A DNA stretch of 63,674 nt, the filler included. It is 7 parts of 7 records of this genome, joined end to end, with 100 filler letters (N's around TTAATTAATTAA, not from the genome) between each part and the next. Parts side by side here need not be neighbours in the genome. Positions count along the whole stretch, not along the records: positions 9,476 to 37,669 come from SRR20825010_584; 6 more parts are not named here. One strand, 5' to 3'. The translations under genes and the position numbers were made by a program. The stretch's first letter is position 1; the number at the start of each line of letters is the position of its first letter. Shown piece by piece: positions 29,270 through 37,769 of this stretch. The notes beneath the pieces are model-generated. The model made no database searches, was not told where the DNA came from, and was given only the letters and a program-made list of their open reading frames with translations.

Positions 29270-31918
29270 TTAGAAATCATATGCGAGATTAAGGCCAATC
29301 GTACGCGGACGATTTGTACTCGCTGCCTCAAAAAACGGACCTTGACGGTCGATGCCGTACAGTACCTTTTCGTCAAATAAGTTGTTTGCAAACAAAGAGA
29401 TACTATACCCATCGACACTGCGCAGCCCTATACGGGCATCGACGAGACCATAAGATGGCAGAGCAACATCAAGATCCAGGTTAAAGTCATTCAATCGCTC
29501 GCCAACATATTTGTATGTCACGATACTATATAGCGACAATTCATCGTTCAGCGGCCGAGCCCAATCAGCTGTAATCGCAAAACTTTCCTTCGCTGAACCA
29601 GGAAGGCGATCACCATTTTTACCTGACACACCACCCGGCACATCTTCTTTCAGTTTAGGGTTGCTGAGCGCACCATTGAAAGAAAGGTTGAGAGCTTCGC
29701 TGGCTTGGAACACCATGCTGAATTCAAGGCCTGTCACCTGCGCTTTACCAACGTTTTGTGTCGTTCTGCCAAAGGTAATCGGGTCCTGAACAGTTAGCTG
29801 GATGTCTGTATAGTCAATCAAATAAGCTGAAAGGTTGGCGATCAAACGACCATTCAACCATGTTGATTTGATACCTAACTCATAGTTCCAGAGAGTATCG
29901 GAATCAAAAGTGGAAAATTCAGATATTGCTGTTGGCAAATTGAAGCCGCCCCGACGATACCCTGAGGTGGCCGTAGCATAGGCAAATACATCGTCGTTCA
30001 ACTGATGCTCTAGCGAAAACTTGAAGGTGTTAACATTTTCACTGGTATCAAAAGGAAGTCCGACAAGGGCACCTGCTCCGTTAAACGCATTAAAGATACC
30101 ATCCGCTTTGATGCCCAGCCTGTCAAATTCAACATGAGAGCGCCGATATCCAACCGTGAACTTGGTTGCGGCTGTAAAGTTCAGGCCCAGTTCACCGTAC
30201 ACCGCTTGTTCTTCACCATTCATCGCATCGATAGAGTCAAGGGCCACATCTCCGTCGGTGAACGGTATTAGACCAAACAGTATCTGATCAGGTCCTTTAT
30301 AAATATTGAACTGCTTAATGGCTGTTTCTTCATCCTCATAATAAAGGCCGAATATCCAATCAAAAAAGCCATCGCTGGAAGACACAAAGCGTAACTCGAG
30401 GATATCCGTTTCTGTATCCTGAGAAGGGTTGCCATCGGCTGGAATATCACAGGCACAGCCACTCCTAAAGCCAACGAACTCTCTCTGATCAAACGTAAAG
30501 TCGAACTTCAGCTTATTGCGTGTCGCCAAAAATGTTGTCGTAAAACCCTCAAAATCTTTTTCGAGTTTTAGATTGAAAAACTCATACGTATTGTCGCGTT
30601 CCTCAACTACACCACCAATTGCAGTACGCGCATTCAGATCAAAGGGAACATCAGGCCCTTCGTCACCTGCTATGTTCAAATCTCCAGGGGTGCGAGTTGT
30701 GGTGACAGAGTTAGGCCCTGCATTCTGGCTCTGATAGAGATAGGTGAAATCAGCGCTGAAGGTGTCTGTTACGTCCCAGTGTGCCGCAAGTCTGCCACCC
30801 CATGTTTTTTCTTCGTTAATATCGTCAATGCCCAACTCCACATTATCGATGAAGCCTGCGTTGTCGTAATAATAGCCTGTCATGCGGACAGCCAGGTTCT
30901 CCGCAACAGGTATATTCAAATATCCATGCCCGCCATAATTGGAGCCGCCGTCCGCAGTATCAGAAAGATAAGTATTGAGACCGCCGGCAAAAGCCTCAGT
31001 GTCGGGCTTATTGGAAATATAACGCACTATGCCGCCCATGGCACTACGGCCAAAAAGTGTGCCCTGCGGGCCTTTCAACACCTCCACACGGCTCACATCA
31101 ACCAGACGGATATCCGCTGCTGTCGAGAAGCTGGTTGTAGTGAGGGCAAAGTCATCAAAATATGTGGCTACCGACGAACTGCCTGACTCTTGCGTGGAAG
31201 TATTGATATTACGGATGATAATTCTGTTTGAACCGCCACCTTCGTCATTAGCTGTAACGCCGGGCACAGTATCGATAAACTGGCCAATACTATTATAGCC
31301 TTTTTCTTCAAGGCTTTTGCCGCCAAACGCACTAATGCTCAACGCTGTTGACTGCACGCTCGATTCTCGACGAGTAGCTGTCACCACAATCTCGTCCAGG
31401 TCAAAGGCGCTACTATTCGTAGCATTGTCCTGCGCATGCGCACCCCCTGCACCAAACAGGAAACTGGCAACACTTGCCAGTAAGCTCTTTTTCAGCTTGC
31501 TATTATTCATTGTGTTTTCCTCCCGGCCCTGCTCTGTGGCCTGACCTCGCCCTTTGGCTTCATTGAACGAGATCACAATGACCCCGTTTTCGGTTAGGCC
31601 GCCGGCAAGGGTTGTATCCCTGAGCATTATCGAGAGTGCTTCGGTCAACGTGTACGTGCCACTTAGTGCCTGAGAGCGTTCAGTGGCTGTATCACCCGAA
31701 GGAATAATTAATGATTTCCCCGTTTCTCGCGCCAAGGCAAAGAGAGCAACATCAATTCGGGAGGAAGGTATATCGAGAGTATAGTGTTTTAGTGCTGGAC
31801 CATCAGCGATTGCCGCGACGGCATTTCCACAGCTTAATCCAACGAAGATTAAAACAAACCCAATATACCTGCGTAGTCCACCCCATTTATCCCTCGGCCG
31901 TTGTTTCAAATCCGTCAT
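29270..31918 (-). CDS. TonB-dependent transducer (STN signalling domain, plug, barrel) with an internal second signal peptide
   Basis: Signal peptide, STN-like domain (YTLDIPSSRIDVAL...LSGTYTLTEAL), TonB box LDEIVVTA, plug RVEVLKGPQGTLFG, C-terminal Phe. Confidence 0.93.
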   Translation of the reverse strand: MTDLKQRPRDKWGGLRRYIGFVLIFVGLSCGNAVAAIADGPALKHYTLDIPSSRIDVALFALARETGKSLIIPSGDTATERSQALSGTYTLTEALSIMLRDTTLAGGLTENGVIVISFNEAKGRGQATEQGREENTMNNSKLKKSLLASVASFLFGAGGAHAQDNATNSSAFDLDEIVVTATRRESSVQSTALSISAFGGKSLEEKGYNSIGQFIDTVPGVTANDEGGGSNRIIIRNINTSTQESGSSSVATYFDDFALTTTSFSTAADIRLVDVSRVEVLKGPQGTLFGRSAMGGIVRYISNKPDTEAFAGGLNTYLSDTADGGSNYGGHGYLNIPVAENLAVRMTGYYYDNAGFIDNVELGIDDINEEKTWGGRLAAHWDVTDTFSADFTYLYQSQNAGPNSVTTTRTPGDLNIAGDEGPDVPFDLNARTAIGGVVEERDNTYEFFNLKLEKDFEGFTTTFLATRNKLKFDFTFDQREFVGFRSGCACDIPADGNPSQDTETDILELRFVSSSDGFFDWIFGLYYEDEETAIKQFNIYKGPDQILFGLIPFTDGDVALDSIDAMNGEEQAVYGELGLNFTAATKFTVGYRRSHVEFDRLGIKADGIFNAFNGAGALVGLPFDTSENVNTFKFSLEHQLNDDVFAYATATSGYRRGGFNLPTAISEFSTFDSDTLWNYELGIKSTWLNGRLIANLSAYLIDYTDIQLTVQDPITFGRTTQNVGKAQVTGLEFSMVFQASEALNLSFNGALSNPKLKEDVPGGVSGKNGDRLPGSAKESFAITADWARPLNDELSLYSIVTYKYVGERLNDFNLDLDVALPSYGLVDARIGLRSVDGYSISLFANNLFDEKVLYGIDRQGPFFEAASTNRPRTIGLNLAYDF

Positions 31919-31928
31919 CTCTAACGAC

Positions 31929-31972
31929 CTATATAATGAGAGCAGGGTGGGTGAAAAAACCGGACATATTTT
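31929..31972 (-). promoter_or_regulatory. Putative ECF-sigma promoter of the receptor
   Basis: AAAATATGTCCGGTTT...ACCC...GCTCTCATTATATAG, nearly identical to the motif at 33714-33756. Confidence 0.72.
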
Positions 31973-32015
31973 ATATTTTTTCTGTCATTAAGGTCTCTGG
32001 GCTACTTTTTTCAAT

Positions 32016-33116
32016 CTAACTCGCAGTCAAATGCACAAGGTTGGGTTCTATACGATTTGCCTTGATATTTAAGGCAGCTTCAACACCCTCCAGCATCAAA
32101 TCCACATCGCCAATTTGAAGAATTCCTGTAATTTTCTTATCCTTCAGGGCGTCATCCATCACCTTGATCTTTACCGTCGTATAGCGCGCCACTTCGTCAA
32201 TGACAGACTGCAGGTCTTCATCGTAGAAAACCAACTGACCTGTAGTCCACGAAAGGCGTTTAGCCAGATCACGCTCAGAAACAGATTGTTGGACATTGGT
32301 TTCGGTCCTGCCTATGTCGGCAGCCCCGCCTTTACTTACCATGATAGGTGTTTCTTGATATACCAAGGCATCCATTACATTGTTTTGAGCCATGCTTTTG
32401 TCTAACCGCCGGGCAAGTGCAACTCGGCCGTCAGTAACAGTCACACTTACCTTGTGTTCAGCCACACGTACGGCAAAGCGTGTTCCCACTGCACGAATAA
32501 CACCATCCGCTGCGTAGACCAGAAATGGCCTCTCCTTATCATGAGCAACATCAAAGATTGCCTCACCAGCAATCAAACGAACAACGCGTTCTTCCCCGGA
32601 ATATGACTGCTCAATAATACTATCGGTGTTCAGATGAACCTGTGACCCATCAACCAAATCAACGATCCGCGTCTCACCAACAGCTGTGGCATAATAATTT
32701 TCCACATCTGCAGATGGAGATGACAAAAAGATACTCGCTGAAACAACGCCGATGAGCAGGACAGCCACTGCAAAAGCCGTTACCTTAAGGCGCGCCAAAG
32801 CCGGACCGAATAGGCCCAGCGGCATCTGACCATTCGCACGCCCCTCCTCCTGTCCTTCCCCTGCCATAAGCGGCGCAAGCCTGCTTAAAGGTTCATTAAG
32901 GCCATACCAAAGGTCCGCCGCCTGCTGAATTGAATCCTTGTTCTTCGGATCTTCCGCCAACCAGTCCGTAAAATCTGCACGTTCTTCTGCTGTTAAGTCG
33001 CCGCGGTCCAACTTGGCGAGCCAATCCGCCGCCTGTAACTTTTGTTTCTCTTCTTGCCGCAAGGGCACGATGCTTGGATCATCATTCATTTCTGTCGCCT
33101 TTACCATTTCTGGCAT
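32016..33116 (-). CDS. FecR-family anti-sigma factor
   Basis: AADWLAKL N-terminal domain, one TM, FecR motifs TAVGE, LVDGS.VHLNT, GEAIFDV and AVGTRF. The start may be ATG 33089. Confidence 0.92.
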   Translation of the reverse strand: MPEMVKATEMNDDPSIVPLRQEEKQKLQAADWLAKLDRGDLTAEERADFTDWLAEDPKNKDSIQQAADLWYGLNEPLSRLAPLMAGEGQEEGRANGQMPLGLFGPALARLKVTAFAVAVLLIGVVSASIFLSSPSADVENYYATAVGETRIVDLVDGSQVHLNTDSIIEQSYSGEERVVRLIAGEAIFDVAHDKERPFLVYAADGVIRAVGTRFAVRVAEHKVSVTVTDGRVALARRLDKSMAQNNVMDALVYQETPIMVSKGGAADIGRTETNVQQSVSERDLAKRLSWTTGQLVFYDEDLQSVIDEVARYTTVKIKVMDDALKDKKITGILQIGDVDLMLEGVEAALNIKANRIEPNLVHLTAS

Positions 33117-33681
33117 GCTTACCCGCCGCTGTTTTCTTGTTTATTTCTTTTGCCGAAACCTGCCCCATAAATTCCACACCATAACCGCGCCCTGCCATGA
33201 CATCCTGGCAGCGCTTAATGCCACGTGCGAAATATTTCTCGACCGTATTAACGGACAAGCCCATTTTCTTGGCTACTTGCTTGTGCGAAAAACCGTATAC
33301 TCTGCGCAATAAAATCGCCCGTCTGTGCGATTGGGGTAGCGTTTCTAAAGCCTCCCAAAACACCTCTAACATTTGTTTATAATATAGCTCTCGGTCAATT
33401 GGGGCTGTATGCGATTCCAGAATAGCTTCATCAATTTCCCATTGTACTTCTCGGGCACTGCGTTCCTGGTCCCGAAAAACAATGTTGCGAGACACCGTGA
33501 ACAAATAGCTCTTGGGGTGATCAATTTCGCGGGTTTCATTTGCTTCCAATGTACGTGTCAAAGATTCTTGTAATATGTCATCAACATCTGATGGCCTTAC
33601 AGACAACCTCAACAGACCGCGCACCAGAACATCCCGGTATTCGGCAAAGGTACCCAGTATCCTATTTTTACGCTTCGACAT
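33082..33681 (-). CDS. ECF sigma factor (FecI-like)
   Basis: DVDDILQE, SYLFTVSRN and region 4 LPQSHRRAILLRRVYGFSHKQVA; start taken at MSKRKNR. Confidence 0.9.
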   Translation of the reverse strand: MSKRKNRILGTFAEYRDVLVRGLLRLSVRPSDVDDILQESLTRTLEANETREIDHPKSYLFTVSRNIVFRDQERSAREVQWEIDEAILESHTAPIDRELYYKQMLEVFWEALETLPQSHRRAILLRRVYGFSHKQVAKKMGLSVNTVEKYFARGIKRCQDVMAGRGYGVEFMGQVSAKEINKKTAAGKHARNGKGDRNE

Positions 33682-33713
33682 CGCACCCTTTCCATCGCCC
33701 TGATACACCGCCA

Positions 33714-33756
33714 CTATGTAATGAGAGCGTTAGGGTTCAGAAACCCGCCATATTTT
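33714..33756 (-). promoter_or_regulatory. Putative autoregulatory ECF promoter of the sigma gene
   Basis: AAAATATGGCGGGTTT...ACCC...GCTCTCATTACATAG, matching 31929-31972. Confidence 0.72.
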
Positions 33757-34089
33757 TTATCATATTTTGATTAATGAACTTATGCCACCGACATTGACGG
33801 GACCATCCTCCGTCGCACCAACGTGCCAAACCAAAGACCGAGGTCATCAACGACAACAGAAGCGCCGCAGCCAAGCTCGAGCCGCTGTGGTGCCCAGATC
33901 AGGTGAAGACGTATATCAAGCGTCACCAGAAGTGAGACTCAAAAAATGGTGTTTCGGAAGTGGGTGGTCATAGTTTTGGCCACCCATTTTTCATGACTTG
34001 AATACGCTCAAATACCGAGCATAATGACGGAACACACCGCGCAAATTTACGCCATGTATGGTTAAGTATGTTGAAATATAAAGAAAATG

Positions 34090-34174
34090 TGGTGCCCCCG
34101 GTCGGACTCGAACCGACACTCCCGAAAGAACCGGATTTTGAATCCGGCGCGTCTACCAGTTCCGCCACAGGGGC
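34090..34174 (-). tRNA. tRNA-Leu(CAA)
   Basis: GCCCCTGTGGCGGAACTGGTAGACGCGCCGGATTCAAAATCCGGTTCTTTCGGGAGTGTCGGTTCGAGTCCGACCGGGGGCACCA; long variable arm and encoded CCA. Confidence 0.97.
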
Positions 34175-34314
34175 CTGTGAGGTGGGCTCTTGTTGAGCGC
34201 CGTGCATCATATACACCGCCGCACACACGTCAAGCGCGGAAAAGTGAGATTGTGTGATTGTATTTCCCCGCCCACGTTGCTAACCATCATTTGGCGTAGT
34301 GGCGGGGAGCACCA

Positions 34315-34893
34315 ATGCTGAAAAAGCTGTATGACTGGACGATCGCGAAGGCTGAGAGCCCCGCGAGTGAGAAGTGGCTGGCGGGCATATCCTTTGCCGA
34401 GAGCAGCTTTTTCCCCATCCCCATCGACCTCATGATGATCCCGATGATTCTGGCCCGGCCCATGCGCGCGTTTCGGCTTGCCACCATCACGCTGGTTGCC
34501 TCCGTGCTTGGTGGCATGTTCGGCTATATGATCGGCGCACTGCTCTTTGAAGCCATCGGCCAGCCCATTCTTGAGCTTTATGGCTACCAGGAGGCTTTCG
34601 CCACCTTCCAGCAGAACTATGCGGAATATGGTATCCTGATTATTCTGGTGGCCGGGTTTACGCCCATCCCCTTCAAGGTGGTGACCATCGCAAGCGGCGT
34701 GGTGAGCATGAACCCTTTTGTGTTTTTCCTCACCGCTATACCGGCACGGGGTGCGCGCTTCTATCTGGTGGCGGCGCTTTTGTGGAAGTTTGGTGACCCG
34801 ATCCGGGAGTTTATTGAAAAGCGCCTCGGGCTGGTGACAACCGCCTTTGTCGCCCTTGGCATTGCCGGTTTCGCCGCGATAAAGTTTTTGTAA
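34315..34893 (+). CDS. YqaA/DedA (VTT) family membrane protein
   Basis: SFAESSFFPIP and GFTPIPFKV. Confidence 0.9.
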   Translation: MLKKLYDWTIAKAESPASEKWLAGISFAESSFFPIPIDLMMIPMILARPMRAFRLATITLVASVLGGMFGYMIGALLFEAIGQPILELYGYQEAFATFQQNYAEYGILIILVAGFTPIPFKVVTIASGVVSMNPFVFFLTAIPARGARFYLVAALLWKFGDPIREFIEKRLGLVTTAFVALGIAGFAAIKFL

Positions 34894-34911
34894 GCGTTCA
34901 GGAGAGAACTC

Positions 34912-35397
34912 ATGGCGTCATCCCTTATGTCCCTGCCTAACCGTGAGCCCGTGCTTTTTGCTGGCCTAGTGGCGGCGGCGCTTCTCTTGAGTGCGTTTGC
35001 CTTCCAATATGCGGGCTATCCGCCGTGTGAGCTGTGCTGGTGGCAACGTTACCCCTATATGGGTGTGATTGCGGTTGCCCTTGTTGGCAAAGCCATGCGC
35101 GCGTTGCCGCAGGGGTTGGTGCTCATAGTGCTCGCGCTTCTGTTCGCTTTAGACGCAGGCATCGCTGCCTTCCATTTTGGGGTGGAGCAGAAATGGTGGG
35201 AAGGTCTCGCCACCTGTTCAGGTTATGTGAATATGGGCGGCAGCGTTGATGACGCGCTTGACGCCATCATGAACGCGCCCGTTGTGAGGTGCGACGAAAT
35301 AGCATGGTCCTTGTTTGGTATATCAATGGCGGGTTATAATTTCCTTATCGCAACAGGGATGACCCTGTTTATGTTGAAAAAAGCCAAAGATGCCTGA
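34912..35397 (+). CDS. dsbB: Disulfide bond formation protein B family
   Basis: PCELCWWQR, a second Cys pair (TC...RCD) and 4 TM segments. Confidence 0.88.
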   Translation: MASSLMSLPNREPVLFAGLVAAALLLSAFAFQYAGYPPCELCWWQRYPYMGVIAVALVGKAMRALPQGLVLIVLALLFALDAGIAAFHFGVEQKWWEGLATCSGYVNMGGSVDDALDAIMNAPVVRCDEIAWSLFGISMAGYNFLIATGMTLFMLKKAKDA

Positions 35398-35402
35398 AGC
35401 CG

Positions 35403-36008
35403 ATGAGCAAAACCGAGCCAACACATAAAGCCACTACCGAGAGACAGACACCGGCACGCCCGCTGCCCGGTGACCGTGGTTATACGGCGGAGACAGAGCG
35501 CATGCTGCGGGTGGACCACGCGGGCGAATTTGGTGCCGTGCGCATTTATGCGGGCCAGCGCGCCGTGCTGGGTGAAGGCCACCCGCGCGCCGGGCTTTTC
35601 AAGCATATGTATGAGCAGGAAGAGGTTCACCTCGCCCGCTTCAACAAAATGATCACTGAGCGCGGCGTGCGCCCGACCCTTATGGCGCCTTTCTGGCATG
35701 TGGCCGGGTTTGCGCTTGGGGCCACCACGGCGCTAATGGGTGAGAAAGCCGCCATGGCCTGCACCGCCGCCGTGGAAGAAGTGATCGACGACCATTACCA
35801 GCACCAGCGCGACAGCCTCGCCGCGCGCGACGATGCCCACCGTGACCATGAGCTTGAAGAAGTGATTGAGACCTTCCAGGCGGAAGAGGTGGAGCATATG
35901 GAAATCGCGAAAGCCCACGGGGCCGAAGACGCCACCGGCTACCCCCTGCTGTCCGGCCTCATCAAGGCCGGGTGCCGTACCGCGATCTGGATCTCCAAGC
36001 GGGTTTAA
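35403..36008 (+). CDS. coq7: Demethoxyubiquinone hydroxylase (Coq7 di-iron family)
   Basis: RVDHAGEFGA.RIYAGQ, EEVH, AVEEVIDDHY and EEVEH. Confidence 0.92.
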   Translation: MSKTEPTHKATTERQTPARPLPGDRGYTAETERMLRVDHAGEFGAVRIYAGQRAVLGEGHPRAGLFKHMYEQEEVHLARFNKMITERGVRPTLMAPFWHVAGFALGATTALMGEKAAMACTAAVEEVIDDHYQHQRDSLAARDDAHRDHELEEVIETFQAEEVEHMEIAKAHGAEDATGYPLLSGLIKAGCRTAIWISKRV

Positions 36009-36037
36009 CGCCGTCTCTTAAAACCCAAATCCAAATC

Positions 36038-36062
36038 ATAGCTGACAATTATTGTCAGCTAT
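36038..36062. promoter_or_regulatory. Perfect palindromic operator (WYL/YafY-type TGACA-N5-TGTCA)
   Basis: ATAGCTGACAAT-T-ATTGTCAGCTAT, with a TATAGT -10-like element at 36070-36075. Confidence 0.65.
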
Positions 36063-36105
36063 CCCATCGTATAGTCTTGCCCACGATAAAACCGGGGCAA
36101 CAACC

Positions 36106-36252
36106 ATGCGACACGAGACGATAGCAACCGAGGTAAATTCACCCGAGATCAAGACCGCTTACGAACAGCCGGCGGCAGATTCCGCGCATATCTGGCGCTG
36201 GATATTGGCCGCAGCCGGGCTTTGCATATTACTGGGCTTTATTGCGGGATAA
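36106..36252 (+). CDS. 48-aa protein with a single C-terminal TM helix
   Basis: MRHETIATEVNSPEIKTAYEQPAADSAHIWRWILAAAGLCILLGFIAG; GGGG SD-like sequence and a promoter-like region upstream. Confidence 0.55.
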   Translation: MRHETIATEVNSPEIKTAYEQPAADSAHIWRWILAAAGLCILLGFIAG

Positions 36253-36276
36253 ACAAACCGCCGCGTACAAGTACAA

Positions 36277-36996
36277 TCAGCGCAGTTCAACCCTGCCGTT
36301 TGGGGTGTTCAGGATGAGCGTGAGCTCAGGGGCTTCTGCGCTGTCTAACTCAAACGGCAACCCATAAGCCTCAGCAAGACCATGTAGCGTTTTTGCAGAC
36401 GGCCCGCCTAGCACAAGGGCCTCTATCTCCGTGCCCGACGGTGATGTCATGGCAGGGTGCGGCTCTGTCATCCACTCAATCGCGAACTGGAAGGTATTGT
36501 CGCCCCAGTTTAAGCCTGAGAGGGATACTGTGCGCCAGCTCAGGCTCGTGCCGTCAGGTTTCTGCCTGCCACCTTCGCGTACCTCACCCAGCTCTAGGCC
36601 TTGAGCCTGCAACAGGGCGGGTGCTTCATCAGCGCTTCGCATGCCAAGCGCAAAACCCGCAATATGTGCATGGGCATAAGTGGCGGCACGCTCGCCCATC
36701 ATATCAGGTGTGACGCCCTCTTTCGGCCCTGCGATTTCGAGATAAGTACAGGGCCCGAGCTGCGCCAGATAGTTGGCGGTTACACCATTGCTGTGCGCGC
36801 CGCCATATACCGGCTTCACACCTGTGAGGGCTTCAAAGCGCAAGGCATAGGCCGCCAAATCTGGCACCGCATACACCACATGATCAAGGGTAATGGCACC
36901 ATCACAGCCGTCCTGCGCCTTGACCACAACACTGCCGCCCGCACACAAAAAACAAGCCGCCATAAGCGCCCACAACTTTCCCCATATATTTGTCAT
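36277..36996 (-). CDS. Exported VOC/glyoxalase-like (Glyoxalase_3) protein
   Basis: Signal peptide; LDHVVYAVPDL, GGAHSNGVTAN, YLEI and GGRQKPDG..LSW. Confidence 0.85.
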   Translation of the reverse strand: MTNIWGKLWALMAACFLCAGGSVVVKAQDGCDGAITLDHVVYAVPDLAAYALRFEALTGVKPVYGGAHSNGVTANYLAQLGPCTYLEIAGPKEGVTPDMMGERAATYAHAHIAGFALGMRSADEAPALLQAQGLELGEVREGGRQKPDGTSLSWRTVSLSGLNWGDNTFQFAIEWMTEPHPAMTSPSGTEIEALVLGGPSAKTLHGLAEAYGLPFELDSAEAPELTLILNTPNGRVELR

Positions 36997-37154
36997 TTAT
37001 TGCTCCAACCCATAATCTAGGAAGGTGCGCCATACCCCCAGCGCACACTGATACAAGCATGATACCCGCTTGATGACGCGACAGCCATTACCTCACACAT
37101 CCTGTATGAGGTTCGGCGCCCAGCGCTCACGCATATCGCGACAGCTAAACCGGC

Positions 37155-37669
37155 CTATTGCTCCAGCTCGGCATCCCAATAAAGAAAATCCCGCCAACTT
37201 TCATGCAGATAATTTGGCGGGAATTGGCGACCACTTGCATGCAGCTCCTGATTGGTGGGCCTATGGGGCCAGCGCATGGGAAACATGCTGGCTTCTTCGG
37301 GCGTGCGGCCACCCTTCCTCAAATTGCACGGCGCGCAGGCGGCGGTAATATTCGTCCAGCTTGTACGGCCGCCATAAGTGCGCGGGATCACATGATCAAA
37401 GGTCAGGTCTTCCGTTGCGCCGCAATACTGGCAGGTAAATTCATCACGCAGGAAAAGGTTAAACCGTGTGAAAGCCGGATAGCGCGGCTGGCGCACATAT
37501 TTTTTGAGCGCAATCACGCTCGGCAGATGGATTGCCGTAGAAGGTGAATGCACCTGACGTTCATATTGTGAAAGAATGTTTACCCGGTCGAGGAAAACGG
37601 CCTTCAGTGCCGTTTGCCAGTTCCACAGGCTGAGCGGAAAATAGCTGAGCGGCCGGTAATCGGCGTTCA
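37155..37669 (-). CDS. HNH endonuclease (conserved alphaproteobacterial McrA-like type); 5' end truncated
   Basis: The frame is open to the gap (NADYRPLSYFPLSLW); RDEFTCQYCG, DHVIPR and CAPCN. Confidence 0.9.
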
Positions 37670-37769
37670 NNNNNNNNNNNNNNNNNNNNNNNNNNNNNNN
37701 NNNNNNNNNNNNNTTAATTAATTAANNNNNNNNNNNNNNNNNNNNNNNNNNNNNNNNNNNNNNNNNNNN
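37670..37769. other. Artificial contig spacer
   Basis: N44-TTAATTAATTAA-N44. Confidence 0.98.

Noticed and set aside
37155-37669. HNH nuclease as a mobile or defence element
   Set aside because: It matches the widespread chromosomal alphaproteobacterial HNH type; no methylase or mobility genes are visible, though its upstream context is lost in the gap.
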